Position numbers and translations under genes: made by a program. Under the pieces are notes generated by a model. It saw only the letters and a program-made list of their open reading frames with translations, was not told where the DNA came from and searched no databases. From assembly GCA_963727525.1 (NCBI GenBank), contig CAVSGO010000007.1, positions 1,280,001 to 1,344,000 of the forward strand: a stretch of DNA of 64,000 nt, written 5' to 3'. This document shows positions 18,014-27,487 of this stretch, one piece after another; positions within the stretch are counted from its first letter, which is position 1; each line of letters begins with the position of its first letter. The DNA is from an uncultured bacterium (GTDB taxonomy: Bacteria > Krumholzibacteriota > Krumholzibacteriia > LZORAL124-64-63).

Positions 18014-19437
18014 CGGCTCACCTCGGTCACGTCGTTGTCACGGCTGTAGATCACGCGCAACCGGGGTTGCTGGGCGCTGTCGGCCGCCGTCCCATGGAAG
18101 ACGCGGCGCACGTACCAGAAGTCGGGCTTGTACGACGTCGCAAAGGACGGGAACAGACTCTCCGATCCCGCGAGCAGGAACGCGCGCTCACCGCTGTACA
18201 CGCCGTTGAGATACCGCTGGATCGACGTGGTCACGTTGAAGTTCACGACGTCGCTGTTCGAGTCTGCCGGATCGAGCCCCGTGCGCCCGGAGATCTGATA
18301 CACCTGCGACCCCAGATCGCCGAGCGTGACATGGGTGACGCCGGCGGGCGCGAAGTCGGGCGGGATCTCGGACACCACGATGGCGTGGCTGGGTCCCACC
18401 GTGCGCGTGGTATCCGTCGTCAGGAAGATGTCGGCCCGATTCACGTGCACGTTGTTCGGCAGAGCGGCGAGGTCGAAGCTCAACGCGGGATACGAGCGGA
18501 CGGGCGTGCGGAACTCGATGCCGTCGGCCGCCGTGGCCGGCGGCGTGCCCACACTGTGCCACGTGGAAACGTCGGCCACGGGACCGATCACGAGATTGGT
18601 GGAATCCGATGGGAGCGATGCGGGCGCTTCGTTGACCTCGATGATGAGGGCCGGCCCCAGGACTTGCGACGGTCGTTCCATGGGCAGTGTGCTACCGCCA
18701 TGCACCATCTCCTTGCTCGCGAATCCGAGCAGTCCCGGCTGAGATCCCGAACCCTCGCGAATGATGATGCTGACCTTCTCACCGTTGGCGAGCCACGTGG
18801 CGACGCGTGACGTCGAGAGCTGCACGAAGATCGGTCCGCTGGCCGGTTCGAGTTCACCGGCCACGTCGAGCGTCGCGGCCTCGAACGCCGGTTCGGGCCC
18901 CGGATGGCTCAGCGTGTCGAACGGCGCCAGGAGTTGATGCACGTCGTAGTATTTCTGGGCCCCGGTCCAGGGGCGCGGATTCGGGATCGAATCGGAGATC
19001 GCGTTGCCGTGATTGGGGAAATACCACGTGAGCATGTTGAGTGTGAGATCGACGCGGTTGATGTTGCTCGCCCGCAGGTACTCCGCGGTCCAGAGGTTGT
19101 CGGGATACGCGGAGAAGTCGAAGGTGACGAGGATCGACGAGGCGTCGTCGCCATCGCTGCCGAGGTAGAGCGTCTCGGCCTGGTCGAGCGGGTGCGCACT
19201 GTCGGTGACGTCGAGCACGCCGTAGTGATCGACCTGCCGGATCGTCAGCGGTACGAGGAGCGTGTCGAACTCGACACCCCCGAGTCCTCCGCCGACGCTG
19301 TTGGGATCATCGCTCGAGCAACCGTCGAGCGAAGCGACACCCGTCAGGCCGGCGAGGGCCAGAGGGAGCAAGCCGGCGGCCACGCGCAAGCCAGCATGCC
19401 AGCGCCAGGGCCGTCGCGGAATCGGGATTCGCGTCAT
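18010..19437 (-). CDS. putative lipoprotein (DUF4270-like)
   Basis: LDGC-SSDDPNSVG lipobox-like segment; two beta domains each ending P.L.I/V; 4-nt overlap with barrel gene. Confidence 0.6.
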   Translation of the reverse strand: MTRIPIPRRPWRWHAGLRVAAGLLPLALAGLTGVASLDGCSSDDPNSVGGGLGGVEFDTLLVPLTIRQVDHYGVLDVTDSAHPLDQAETLYLGSDGDDASSILVTFDFSAYPDNLWTAEYLRASNINRVDLTLNMLTWYFPNHGNAISDSIPNPRPWTGAQKYYDVHQLLAPFDTLSHPGPEPAFEAATLDVAGELEPASGPIFVQLSTSRVATWLANGEKVSIIIREGSGSQPGLLGFASKEMVHGGSTLPMERPSQVLGPALIIEVNEAPASLPSDSTNLVIGPVADVSTWHSVGTPPATAADGIEFRTPVRSYPALSFDLAALPNNVHVNRADIFLTTDTTRTVGPSHAIVVSEIPPDFAPAGVTHVTLGDLGSQVYQISGRTGLDPADSNSDVVNFNVTTSIQRYLNGVYSGERAFLLAGSESLFPSFATSYKPDFWYVRRVFHGTAADSAQQPRLRVIYSRDNDVTEVSR

Positions 19438-19469
19438 GAACTCGGTTCCTTCCCAACTGCAGTCTGGCA

Positions 19470-19886
19470 TCAGGGTCCGGCCGGCGGCCGAGCCGAGAGA
19501 CTCACCCGCGTGAACCCGCTCTCCTTGATGATATCGATCAAGCCGACGACGGCCCCATGCGAGGCATTCTCGTCGGCCCTCAACACGATGCGGTCGTCAC
19601 CGGTTCCCGCCTGCAACTGGCGCAGCGCGTCGCGGAGCTGCTCCCTGGCCACGGGCTTGTCGTTGAGGTACACGTCGCCGCTCGCCGTCAGATAGACGAT
19701 CGCCGGCGAGTCGGTGACCTCCTGCGCCGTGGACGATCGCGGGAGCACCAGATTGATGGCCGGCTGGTTCTTGAACGTGCTGCTGAGCATGAAGAAGAGC
19801 ACAAGGAGGAACATCACGTCAATCAGCGAGGTGACGTTGATCAGGGCCGACCGCCGCTTGCGCTCCGGACTGAAGTCCATGGTCAC
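19470..19886 (-). CDS. exbD: biopolymer transporter ExbD
   Basis: INVTSLIDVMFLLVLFFM, LRADE. Confidence 0.92.
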   Translation of the reverse strand: MTMDFSPERKRRSALINVTSLIDVMFLLVLFFMLSSTFKNQPAINLVLPRSSTAQEVTDSPAIVYLTASGDVYLNDKPVAREQLRDALRQLQAGTGDDRIVLRADENASHGAVVGLIDIIKESGFTRVSLSARPPAGP

Positions 19887-20500
19887 ACCCTGGCCTTCGC
19901 GCGCGCGCGCAGGGTGTCGAGCACCTTGCCGGCGTAGACCTCGAGGTCGAAGACGAGGCCGTCGACCCGGCCGGCCAGCCAGTTGTGGGCCACCAGGGCG
20001 GGGATGCCGACGATGAGACCGGCCGCCGTGGTGATCATAGCTTCACTGATACCGCTCGACAGTTCCTCGGGGTTGCCGATGCCCACGTGAGACACGACCG
20101 CGAAGGTGCGGATCATGCCGGTGACGGTGCCGAGCAAGCCGAGCAGCGGCGCGACGGCCGCAACCGTCTCCAGGATGTTCAGATGGCGATTCAGGCGCTT
20201 GGCCTCCTGGCGGCCCGTCTCCTGGAGCACATCCCGCGTGATCTCCCAGGAATCGTCCGCGTGGTCGAGGCCGCTGCATACGATGCTGGCGAACGGCCCC
20301 GGCCGCCGCTGGCAGATGGCATAGGCCACGGAGTAGTCGCTCCCGGCTTGCAGCGTCTCCACCGCCTCGGCGATCTCGGGGACCACCACGCGATTGCGCC
20401 TCAGCGTGAAGATGCGTTCCAGGAAGACAGCCACCCCGATCAGCGAGCAGAGCACGATCGGGATCATCATGTAGCGGCCGGCGAGAATCATCTGCCACAT
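19883..20500 (-). CDS. exbB: MotA/TolQ/ExbB proton channel
   Basis: APLLGLLGTVTGMI, GISEAMITTAAGLIVGIP. Confidence 0.92.
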   Translation of the reverse strand: MWQMILAGRYMMIPIVLCSLIGVAVFLERIFTLRRNRVVVPEIAEAVETLQAGSDYSVAYAICQRRPGPFASIVCSGLDHADDSWEITRDVLQETGRQEAKRLNRHLNILETVAAVAPLLGLLGTVTGMIRTFAVVSHVGIGNPEELSSGISEAMITTAAGLIVGIPALVAHNWLAGRVDGLVFDLEVYAGKVLDTLRARAKARV

Positions 20501-20570
20501 CGTGTTCGTCCTTCTGCGGTGGCGCGGACCGAAAAAAGACCGGCCGTGCACAGCACGCCGGCGACCGCGG

Positions 20571-21620
20571 TCACGGCTTCCATTGAGGATAGTGCAGGGA
20601 AAGAGTGATCACAAGGTTGCGATCGGGGAAGTCGGCCGGCAGCGGCGGATAGGGTGCGAACGACTGCAGGGCCGCGAGGCTCGCCCGGTGCAGCGATTCG
20701 TTCCCCTCGGTCTCGATGATCTCCATGACGCTGGGCCGTCCGTCCTTCTCAACGACCAGGCGGATCCGCGTGAAGCCGTAGATGATGCCGAGGCGGTAGG
20801 CGTAGGGCGCGAGCCAGTTGCGCTGGAGATCCTGGGAAAAGCGGTGGATCCAGGGCGCATAGTTCCATTCGTAGGTACTGAGCGAGAAATCGCCCTCGAT
20901 GCTCGCATTGCCGGTGACGTTGCCCTGAGCCTGCTGGTCGAACTCGAACCCGCGATCGCCGCCGGGGCTGCGCTCGCCTTGCTTCAGGATCGAGGGCGTC
21001 CGATCCTGCCCCTGCCAGTCGCTGGTGTCGTCGCTCTCGGTCGCGCCCTGGTCGTCGCCCTGACGGGGTTGCGGTTCCCCACCCCGACGCGGCTCCGGCA
21101 AGGTCCAGGTGCCGTCGGGCGTCGCCTCGTCGCCTGGCCGCCGCTCGAGATCCGGTCCCGTCTGCCCTTCCTTCACCTGCCGGGGTTTCTGGTGCGCGGG
21201 CTCGACCGGTGTGGCGTCCACCGCCACGCCCTCGGCCCCGGCCAGGTTCTCGGGCGCGATGGCGACCTGCGGAAACTCGGCGTCCATCGTTGCCGCCGGC
21301 TGGCTGGCGTCCTGACCGCCGGGCACGCGGTCAGCCGCCTTCGCATTGATGAGGGCGAGATAGTCCGGGTGGTCAGGTGGCGTGTCGCTGGCCAGACGCT
21401 CGGGCATCTCGGTGTATGCCGTCGGCAGAGTCGAATCCTTGGCGCCGACCGGCTTATCGGGATCGACTAAGATCACCTCCACCTCGTTCGCCGCCGCCTC
21501 GCGCGGCGGTTTCCCGTCGCCGAAAAGGGGCAGGTTCCACGTGAGGACACCGATGATGACGTGCAGTAGCAACGATGCGATAGTGGTGCTGATTATCAGC
21601 TTGCGATCGGTCACGACCAC
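20571..21620 (-). CDS. tonB: energy transducer TonB family protein
   Basis: TM with SLLLH motif, Pro/acidic linker, TonB_C-like end (SG/GNE.L..A....APYPPLP); start approximate. Confidence 0.75.
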   Translation of the reverse strand: MVVTDRKLIISTTIASLLLHVIIGVLTWNLPLFGDGKPPREAAANEVEVILVDPDKPVGAKDSTLPTAYTEMPERLASDTPPDHPDYLALINAKAADRVPGGQDASQPAATMDAEFPQVAIAPENLAGAEGVAVDATPVEPAHQKPRQVKEGQTGPDLERRPGDEATPDGTWTLPEPRRGGEPQPRQGDDQGATESDDTSDWQGQDRTPSILKQGERSPGGDRGFEFDQQAQGNVTGNASIEGDFSLSTYEWNYAPWIHRFSQDLQRNWLAPYAYRLGIIYGFTRIRLVVEKDGRPSVMEIIETEGNESLHRASLAALQSFAPYPPLPADFPDRNLVITLSLHYPQWKP

Positions 21621-21750
21621 GCCTTGCCGGATTCGCGCCCGGCCGGCGTGATCGCCGGCGCCGGTGCGAGCCACGCAGTACCAGTGAATGTACCCTGTGC
21701 CATGCCCGCCCAAGGTAACGCACAGAATCGGTGAAACCAGCGAGGATGGC

Positions 21751-22746
21751 ATGTCCGCATCGGGACCCGCGTCCTTTTCCCATCGGCCGGAGACCGTCGC
21801 CACGCTCGTGCGACGCCTGGAAGCCGTCGCACCCGGGGCCGTGCAGACCGGCGTCCGGCTGGGCACCCTGACGACGCTGCGGATCGGCGGTCCCGTGGAT
21901 GTGGTGTGCCGCGTCGAAAACGCCGATCTGGCGCGGAAGTTCCACGCCGACATCGCGTCCGCCGGTCTGCCCTGGGATCGACTCGGGGGCGGGAGCAACG
22001 TTTTAGGTGACGACGCGGGCTACCCCGGCGTCATCCTCGTGGTCGCAACGCGCGACTACGAGGTCCATGGCGACATGGTGCGGGTGGGCGCGGGCTTGCC
22101 CTTCGACGCCATGATCACCCGCACATTGGGTGATGGCCTCGTGGGACTGGAGTTCGCCTCCGGCATCCCCGGCTCGGTGGGCGGCGCCGTGGTGGGCAAC
22201 GCGGGGTGTTACGGACACGAGATCGGCGAGTTCGTCCGCGAGGCGCGCGTGCTCACGCCCGCGGGCGACCTGGTGCGCATCGGCACGGAAGATTTCGGTT
22301 TCGCCTACCGGACGTCGGCCCTGAAGACCAGCGGCGCGATCGTGCTCGACGTTTGCCTCGCCCTGCGCCGCGGCGACGCCGCTCGTGCCGGCGAGACCCG
22401 CGACGAGCTCATCGCCGATCGCAAGCGCAAGCACCCGAACCACGAGCCCACCGCCGGCAGCTGGTTCAAGAATCTCCCGAGCAGCACGCCCGGAGGACGG
22501 CGTCAACCGGCGGGCGCCCTGCTCGAGGCGGTGGGCGCCAAGGCCATGCGCGAGGGCGACGCGGCGGTCTTTCCCCGCCATGCCAACATCGTGGTCAACC
22601 TCGGCGAGGCGACGAGTGCCGATGTTCTGCGCCTGACGACACGGATGCATGATGCGGTGCAGACACGCTTCGGCATCGACCTGGAGCCCGAGGTTCGGCA
22701 CCTGCACCTGCCGGCAGCGCCAACCTGGCTTCCCAGCGCCGATTAA
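21751..22746 (+). CDS. murB: UDP-N-acetylmuramate dehydrogenase
   Basis: TTLRIGG, LGGGSNVL, GIPGSVGGA..NAG.YG, AGSWFKN, HANIVVN, LEPEV. Confidence 0.95.
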   Translation: MSASGPASFSHRPETVATLVRRLEAVAPGAVQTGVRLGTLTTLRIGGPVDVVCRVENADLARKFHADIASAGLPWDRLGGGSNVLGDDAGYPGVILVVATRDYEVHGDMVRVGAGLPFDAMITRTLGDGLVGLEFASGIPGSVGGAVVGNAGCYGHEIGEFVREARVLTPAGDLVRIGTEDFGFAYRTSALKTSGAIVLDVCLALRRGDAARAGETRDELIADRKRKHPNHEPTAGSWFKNLPSSTPGGRRQPAGALLEAVGAKAMREGDAAVFPRHANIVVNLGEATSADVLRLTTRMHDAVQTRFGIDLEPEVRHLHLPAAPTWLPSAD

Positions 22747-22753
22747 GTTCCGG

Positions 22754-22782
22754 TTGACACTCCCGCGGGCGAACCTGACATT
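22754..22782 (+). promoter_or_regulatory. sigma70-like promoter of the barrel gene
   Basis: TTGACA-N17-GACATT. Confidence 0.55.
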
Positions 22783-22872
22783 AATACGGCGCACGACCGG
22801 ATTGACCCGCCCGAGCCATCGCCAGGGGGACCGTTCGATCCGCCGGCGAACGAGCCGACAGGAGCTGAATTG

Positions 22873-23862
22873 ATGTTCGACAAGCAACGCCTGACCCTGG
22901 TCCGTCGTATGGTGATTGCGTGCACGGTGATCGGGTGCGTGGTGATCGCGGTGGTCGGGGTCGCTGCTGCCCAGGTTGCTCCGGTTGCTCCCCAGGCGAA
23001 TGCGGCGCCCCAGGACACCACCAGGGAAAAGACGTTCAATCTCTCGACGTCGCAGACCGCCGCGGTCGAGGCCGAGAAGGAAGAGACGCCCAGGGAGCGC
23101 TATGCCCCTCAGATCGAGGCCGGCAAGCTCGAGATCGGCCTCAGCCTCGGCTTCATGAACCTCAACAAGCAGCTTCTCGCGCTCGATCGCCTCATCTACA
23201 AGACCACTGATGACGCGTTCTTCTACGCCGACGTGACCATCAATGCCAAGTCGGCGTTCACGCCCGTGATCCGTGCGGCGTACAATCTCAACTCCTGGTT
23301 CGCGCTCGAGGGTCAACTGAACTTCACGTTCTCGGACTACGACGCAACGCTGACGAATCGCTACAAGGTCAGTCCGGAAGGGCCCGGGAGCACGGGTCCC
23401 CAACTCGTCGATCCCAGCGGTCCGGACGCGGGCGCTTACGACGCGGAGCACCGTTCGGTCCTCGGCGTCATCGCGGATCTCAACGCGATCGTCTATCCGC
23501 TCAACCTGCATGGTTCGCGAATCAGCCACTGGCAACCGTACCTGACGGGCGGTGTCGGTCGCGCGAGCTATACCATGGACTCCAATTACACCAGCGATCC
23601 CGCGACGGCGTTCGACGCCAACCTCGGAGGCGGCATTCGCCTCATCGCCGATGACCTGATCAGCTTGCGCTTCGAGATCGTGCAGCACTTCCACACCATC
23701 GAGTTCGCACCGTCGGAGTACTTCGATATACGCAACTCGGGCACGGTCAAGGTGCCGAACTATCAGTTCGATCAGGCCGGCTACTACTCGCGCGTGACGT
23801 CGTACCCTTCGGAGTCGCTCGGCAGCCTGGTCTGGTCCGTGGGGATCGTCGGATCCTTCTAG
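22873..23862 (+). CDS. outer membrane beta-barrel protein (OmpA-like 8-stranded)
   Basis: AGGAG RBS, signal peptide, QPYLTGGVG and NLGGG strands, terminal F. Confidence 0.75.
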   Translation: MFDKQRLTLVRRMVIACTVIGCVVIAVVGVAAAQVAPVAPQANAAPQDTTREKTFNLSTSQTAAVEAEKEETPRERYAPQIEAGKLEIGLSLGFMNLNKQLLALDRLIYKTTDDAFFYADVTINAKSAFTPVIRAAYNLNSWFALEGQLNFTFSDYDATLTNRYKVSPEGPGSTGPQLVDPSGPDAGAYDAEHRSVLGVIADLNAIVYPLNLHGSRISHWQPYLTGGVGRASYTMDSNYTSDPATAFDANLGGGIRLIADDLISLRFEIVQHFHTIEFAPSEYFDIRNSGTVKVPNYQFDQAGYYSRVTSYPSESLGSLVWSVGIVGSF

Positions 23863-25388
23863 CTTCCCGCCGATCCGGCCCACCCCGGCAACGCCTCGCG
23901 GCGGAACTGCAGCGCGTCTCGCACGTGTGCGGCTCCGACCAGCGATTCCCCCTCGAGAGCCGCCGCCGTGCGCGCCACACGGCACGCCCGGAGTACCGCG
24001 CGTGGCGACAGGCCCAGAGGGCGGCGTGCCGCATCCAGATAGGCAAGCGCTTCGGCGTCCAGTCCGTAGGACGCCACGCGGCGACGTAGCGACCAGTGAG
24101 CCGGCGGTTCCCCGCTCGCCTGCAACAGTCGATGTGCGCGCACGAGACGCGACCCGAGACGGGCGAGGTCCAGCGGTGGCGCAGAGGCGTCGCCGATCGG
24201 CTCGTCCCCCATGTCGACACAGAGATCGAAGCGATCGAGGAGCGGTCCGGACAGGCGACCACGGTAGCGGGCCACCCGCGCGGGCGGGCACGTGCAGGCA
24301 CGGATCCGGCTGCCCAAATACCCACAACGGCAGGGGTTCATCGCCGCGACCAGCTGGAAGCGCGCCGGGTAGCGGCGCCGCCCCGGTCCCCGGGCCACCC
24401 GGACCATCCCCTCCTCCAGCGGTTCGCGCAACGCATCCAGCGCCGCGGCGGAGAACTCGGCCGTCTCGTCGAGGAAGAGCACTCCGCGGTGCGCGAGCGT
24501 CACCTCGCCCGGGAGCAAACGGGTGCCGCCTCCGACGAGGCCGGCCACCGTGATCGAGTGATGCGGCGCCCGGAGCGGCGCGCGCCGCACGAGGCCGGGT
24601 GCCCGCAGCAATCCGGCCGCGCTATGGATGCGGGTCACCTCGAGTCCCGCATCCATATCCAGCGGCGGATGCAATGCCGCCACGAAGCGCGCCAGGCGCG
24701 TCTTGCCCACGCCGGGCGGCCCCACGAGCAGCAGATGATGGCCGCCGGTAGCCGCCAGGACAGCCGCCCGCGCGGCCAGCGGCTGGGCCGCCAGATCGAG
24801 ATCGGCGGGCAATTGCGGCCACGGAGGCGGCGACGTCGGCTCGCGGTGCGCCGCGGGAGCCGGCGGTACGCCGTCGAACCACCAGGATGCGGCCTCGCGT
24901 AGCGTGCGCACGCCGTGCACCTGCAGACCGGGCACCAGGGCTGCCTCCCAGGCCTGCGCTGCCGGGACCACCACGACATGATCGCCGCGAGCCGCCGCGT
25001 CGAGGACGATTCCGAGCAGCCCCCGCACCGGACGCACGTCGCCGAAGAGCGACAGCTCGCCCACGACGAGCGCCGACAGGTCCGGGACGGGCTGATGGTG
25101 CTCCCGCCGACGCTGAGCCGCAAGCACGGCCAGAGCGATGGCGAGATCGTGACACGCGCCTTCCTTGCGCACGTCGGCCGGCGCGAGGTTCACCGTCACC
25201 TTTCCCGATGGAAATGCGAAGCCGCTGTTGCGAATGGCGGCCAGCACGCGCTCTCGGCTTTCCCTGACGGCCGTATTGGGCAGGCCGACGAGATGAAAGG
25301 CCGGTAGCCCGCGCGCGATGTCGACCTCGACCCGCACGGCGTAGCCCGTGATCCCCACCAGTCCACCGGATCGAACGTCGCACGTCAC
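23859..25388 (-). CDS. comM: YifB/ComM Mg-chelatase-like AAA+ ATPase
   Basis: VGLP..AVRESRERV, NLAPAD.RKEG, GPPGVGKT, PHHS, LAHRGVLFLDE, AAMNPC.CG, SGPLLDRFD; GGGAGG-N5-GTG start. Confidence 0.93.
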   Translation of the reverse strand: MTCDVRSGGLVGITGYAVRVEVDIARGLPAFHLVGLPNTAVRESRERVLAAIRNSGFAFPSGKVTVNLAPADVRKEGACHDLAIALAVLAAQRRREHHQPVPDLSALVVGELSLFGDVRPVRGLLGIVLDAAARGDHVVVVPAAQAWEAALVPGLQVHGVRTLREAASWWFDGVPPAPAAHREPTSPPPWPQLPADLDLAAQPLAARAAVLAATGGHHLLLVGPPGVGKTRLARFVAALHPPLDMDAGLEVTRIHSAAGLLRAPGLVRRAPLRAPHHSITVAGLVGGGTRLLPGEVTLAHRGVLFLDETAEFSAAALDALREPLEEGMVRVARGPGRRRYPARFQLVAAMNPCRCGYLGSRIRACTCPPARVARYRGRLSGPLLDRFDLCVDMGDEPIGDASAPPLDLARLGSRLVRAHRLLQASGEPPAHWSLRRRVASYGLDAEALAYLDAARRPLGLSPRAVLRACRVARTAAALEGESLVGAAHVRDALQFRREALPGWAGSAGS

Positions 25389-25563
25389 GCTCACCTCCCA
25401 GATCCGACGGCCCGGAGCAAGGCGAGGTCCAGTTGCGCGTGTCGGCGATGGAGGGGCGGGAAGGCTCGATAGCGGGAGGCGATGGGCGCGGGGCCGTATC
25501 CGCGGCGCGGCGACGCGCGCCGTCACCGCCGGGCGACGCGGCCGGTCCGGATCGTCAACGTCG

Positions 25564-25593
25564 CGGCGGGGCTCCCAGGGGGAACCCCGCCGT
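25564..25593 (-). terminator. GC-rich hairpin downstream of the histone gene
   Basis: CGGCGGGGTTCC/GGAGCCCCGCCG stem (one G-U pair); no clear U-tract. Confidence 0.4.
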
Positions 25594-25626
25594 GATCCTG
25601 CGTACCGACGAGCACCGGCTGCGGGT

Positions 25627-25797
25627 CTAGAGATCCTGCGGGCGCACCGTCTTGCGACCGTTGGCGACTGCGCGCTCCTCGGCCTTGGCGATCAGCTGAC
25701 GCACCTTGGCGTCGAGGGCATCGTAGAATTCACCGGACACGTTACACTCGCGAACTGCTTCCTTCGTCTTCGTCTTGCTGATGATCATCTCGGCCAT
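25627..25797 (-). CDS. bacterial histone-fold protein (56 aa; short alpha3-truncated type)
   Basis: MAEMIISKTKTKEAVRECNVSGEFYDALDAKVRQLIAKAEERAVANGRKTVRPQDL; RKT-x4-D L2 motif; SD AAAGGGAGG 7 nt upstream; absent from the ORF track (<60 aa). Confidence 0.9.
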   Translation of the reverse strand: MAEMIISKTKTKEAVRECNVSGEFYDALDAKVRQLIAKAEERAVANGRKTVRPQDL

Positions 25798-25981
25798 GAG
25801 GGATCCTCCCTTTGTACGTGATTCCGGGCGCTATCGGCGCAATGCCGGCCAGAAGCGTGCCGGCACACGATCGCGCCGACCTCTGGGGCTGTCAAGGCAC
25901 CATTTGCCAATCCGCGCCGCCTGGAGCATCCTGTGACCGTGCACCCGACATTCGCCGCACGATCCCGCAAGGAGCCTCAAG

Positions 25982-27349
25982 ATGAGCATCGACAAGGTCC
26001 TGGCCTATCTCGACACCCACGCTGACAGCCACGTCGATCAGCTCTGCACGTGGCTGCGCATCCCCTCGATCAGTTCGCTCGCCGACCACCGACCGCACGT
26101 TGAACGCGCAGCCGCCTTCGTGGCCGATGAGTTGCGTGCGCTCGGCCTTGGCGTGGACGTCATCACCGGCGACGGCAATCCCCTCGTGTACGCCGAGACC
26201 GAGCAACGCCCGGACCGGCCCACCCTGCTGTTCTACGGACACTACGACGTGCAACCCGTCGATCCGCTACCGCTGTGGACCAGTCCGCCCTTCGAACCGG
26301 TGGTGAAGGACGGCATCGTCTATGCGCGTGGCGCGAGCGACGACAAGGGCCAGCTCTACGCGCACGTCAAGGCGGTCGAAGCGTATGTGAAGACCGGGAC
26401 CCAGCTCCCCGTGAACGTGAAGTTCATCATCGAGGGCGAGGAGGAGTGCGGCGGCCATACTATCTACGCGTACACGGAGCAGCATGCCGACCGCCTCGCG
26501 TGCGATGCCGTGGTCATCAGCGACACCACGCTCTACAACGAGAAGACGCCGGCGATCTGCTACTCGCTCAAGGGCCTCACGTACATGGAGGTCCGCCTCA
26601 CCGGTCCCGCCAAGGATCTGCACTCCGGAAGCTATGGCGGCGTGGTGCAGAATCCCGCCAACGCGATGAGCACGATCATCGCAGCGCTGAAGGACGGGCA
26701 AGGGCGATGCCGCGTCCCCGGCTTCTACGACGACGTCGTCGCGCTCGATGACGACGAGCGCGCGGCGTTCGCGCGGCTGCACTACACCGACGACATCCTG
26801 CGCGACGAGACCGGCGCGCCGGCCGCATTCGGAGAGACCGGATTCACGACGCTCGAGCGCATGTGGGCGCGGCCGACCTGCGACGTCAACGGCCTCGCCA
26901 GCGGCTACGATGGCGAGGGCGCCAAGACCATCATCCCTGCCACGGCCATGGCGAAGGTGAGCATGCGCCTGGTGCCCGATCAGGATCCCGAGAAGATCGC
27001 GGCCGCGTTCACCGACTACGTGCGCTCCGTGTGCCCTCCGGGCGTGGTCTGCGAGATCGAGAACCTGCACAACGCGAGCCCGGTGCTGGTACCGCGCGAC
27101 TCGTCCCTGATGCAGGCCGGTCGACGCGCGTTGCAACACGGCTTCGGCGCCGAACCCGTGTTCATCCGCGAGGGCGGCAGCATTCCGATCGTGGGGACGT
27201 TCCAATCCTGCCTGCGGGTTCCGGTCCTGCTGCTCGGATACGGCCTCTCCACCGACAACATCCATAGTCCAAATGAGAAGTTCGATCTGGTGAATTTCCG
27301 CGCGGGCGCGCGAACCACCGCCCATCTCCTCCAGGAGGCCGCGAGCTGA
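25982..27349 (+). CDS. M20/M25/M40 family dipeptidase
   Basis: YGHYDVQP, RGASDDKG, EGEEE, DLHSG, GGSIP, HSPNE; AAGGAG RBS. Confidence 0.93.
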   Translation: MSIDKVLAYLDTHADSHVDQLCTWLRIPSISSLADHRPHVERAAAFVADELRALGLGVDVITGDGNPLVYAETEQRPDRPTLLFYGHYDVQPVDPLPLWTSPPFEPVVKDGIVYARGASDDKGQLYAHVKAVEAYVKTGTQLPVNVKFIIEGEEECGGHTIYAYTEQHADRLACDAVVISDTTLYNEKTPAICYSLKGLTYMEVRLTGPAKDLHSGSYGGVVQNPANAMSTIIAALKDGQGRCRVPGFYDDVVALDDDERAAFARLHYTDDILRDETGAPAAFGETGFTTLERMWARPTCDVNGLASGYDGEGAKTIIPATAMAKVSMRLVPDQDPEKIAAAFTDYVRSVCPPGVVCEIENLHNASPVLVPRDSSLMQAGRRALQHGFGAEPVFIREGGSIPIVGTFQSCLRVPVLLLGYGLSTDNIHSPNEKFDLVNFRAGARTTAHLLQEAAS

Positions 27350-27362
27350 ACGTGCGGGGAAT

Positions 27363-27391
27363 TTGACAGGACCCGGGAAAGCAGGTAATTT
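27363..27391 (+). promoter_or_regulatory. sigma70 promoter of tRNA-Glu
   Basis: TTGACA-N17-TAATTT. Confidence 0.7.
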
Positions 27392-27410
27392 TCGCCGTCT
27401 CCCTCGAGGC

Positions 27411-27485
27411 GTCCCCTTCGTCTAGTGGTTAGGACACCGCCCTTTCACGGCGGCAACACGGGTTCGAGCCCCGTAGGGGACGCCA
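27411..27485 (+). tRNA. tRNA-Glu(TTC)
   Basis: GTCCCCTTCGTCTAGTGGTTAGGAC, anticodon arm CCGCC-CTTTCAC-GGCGG, CCA end. Confidence 0.95.
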
Positions 27486-27487
27486 CC

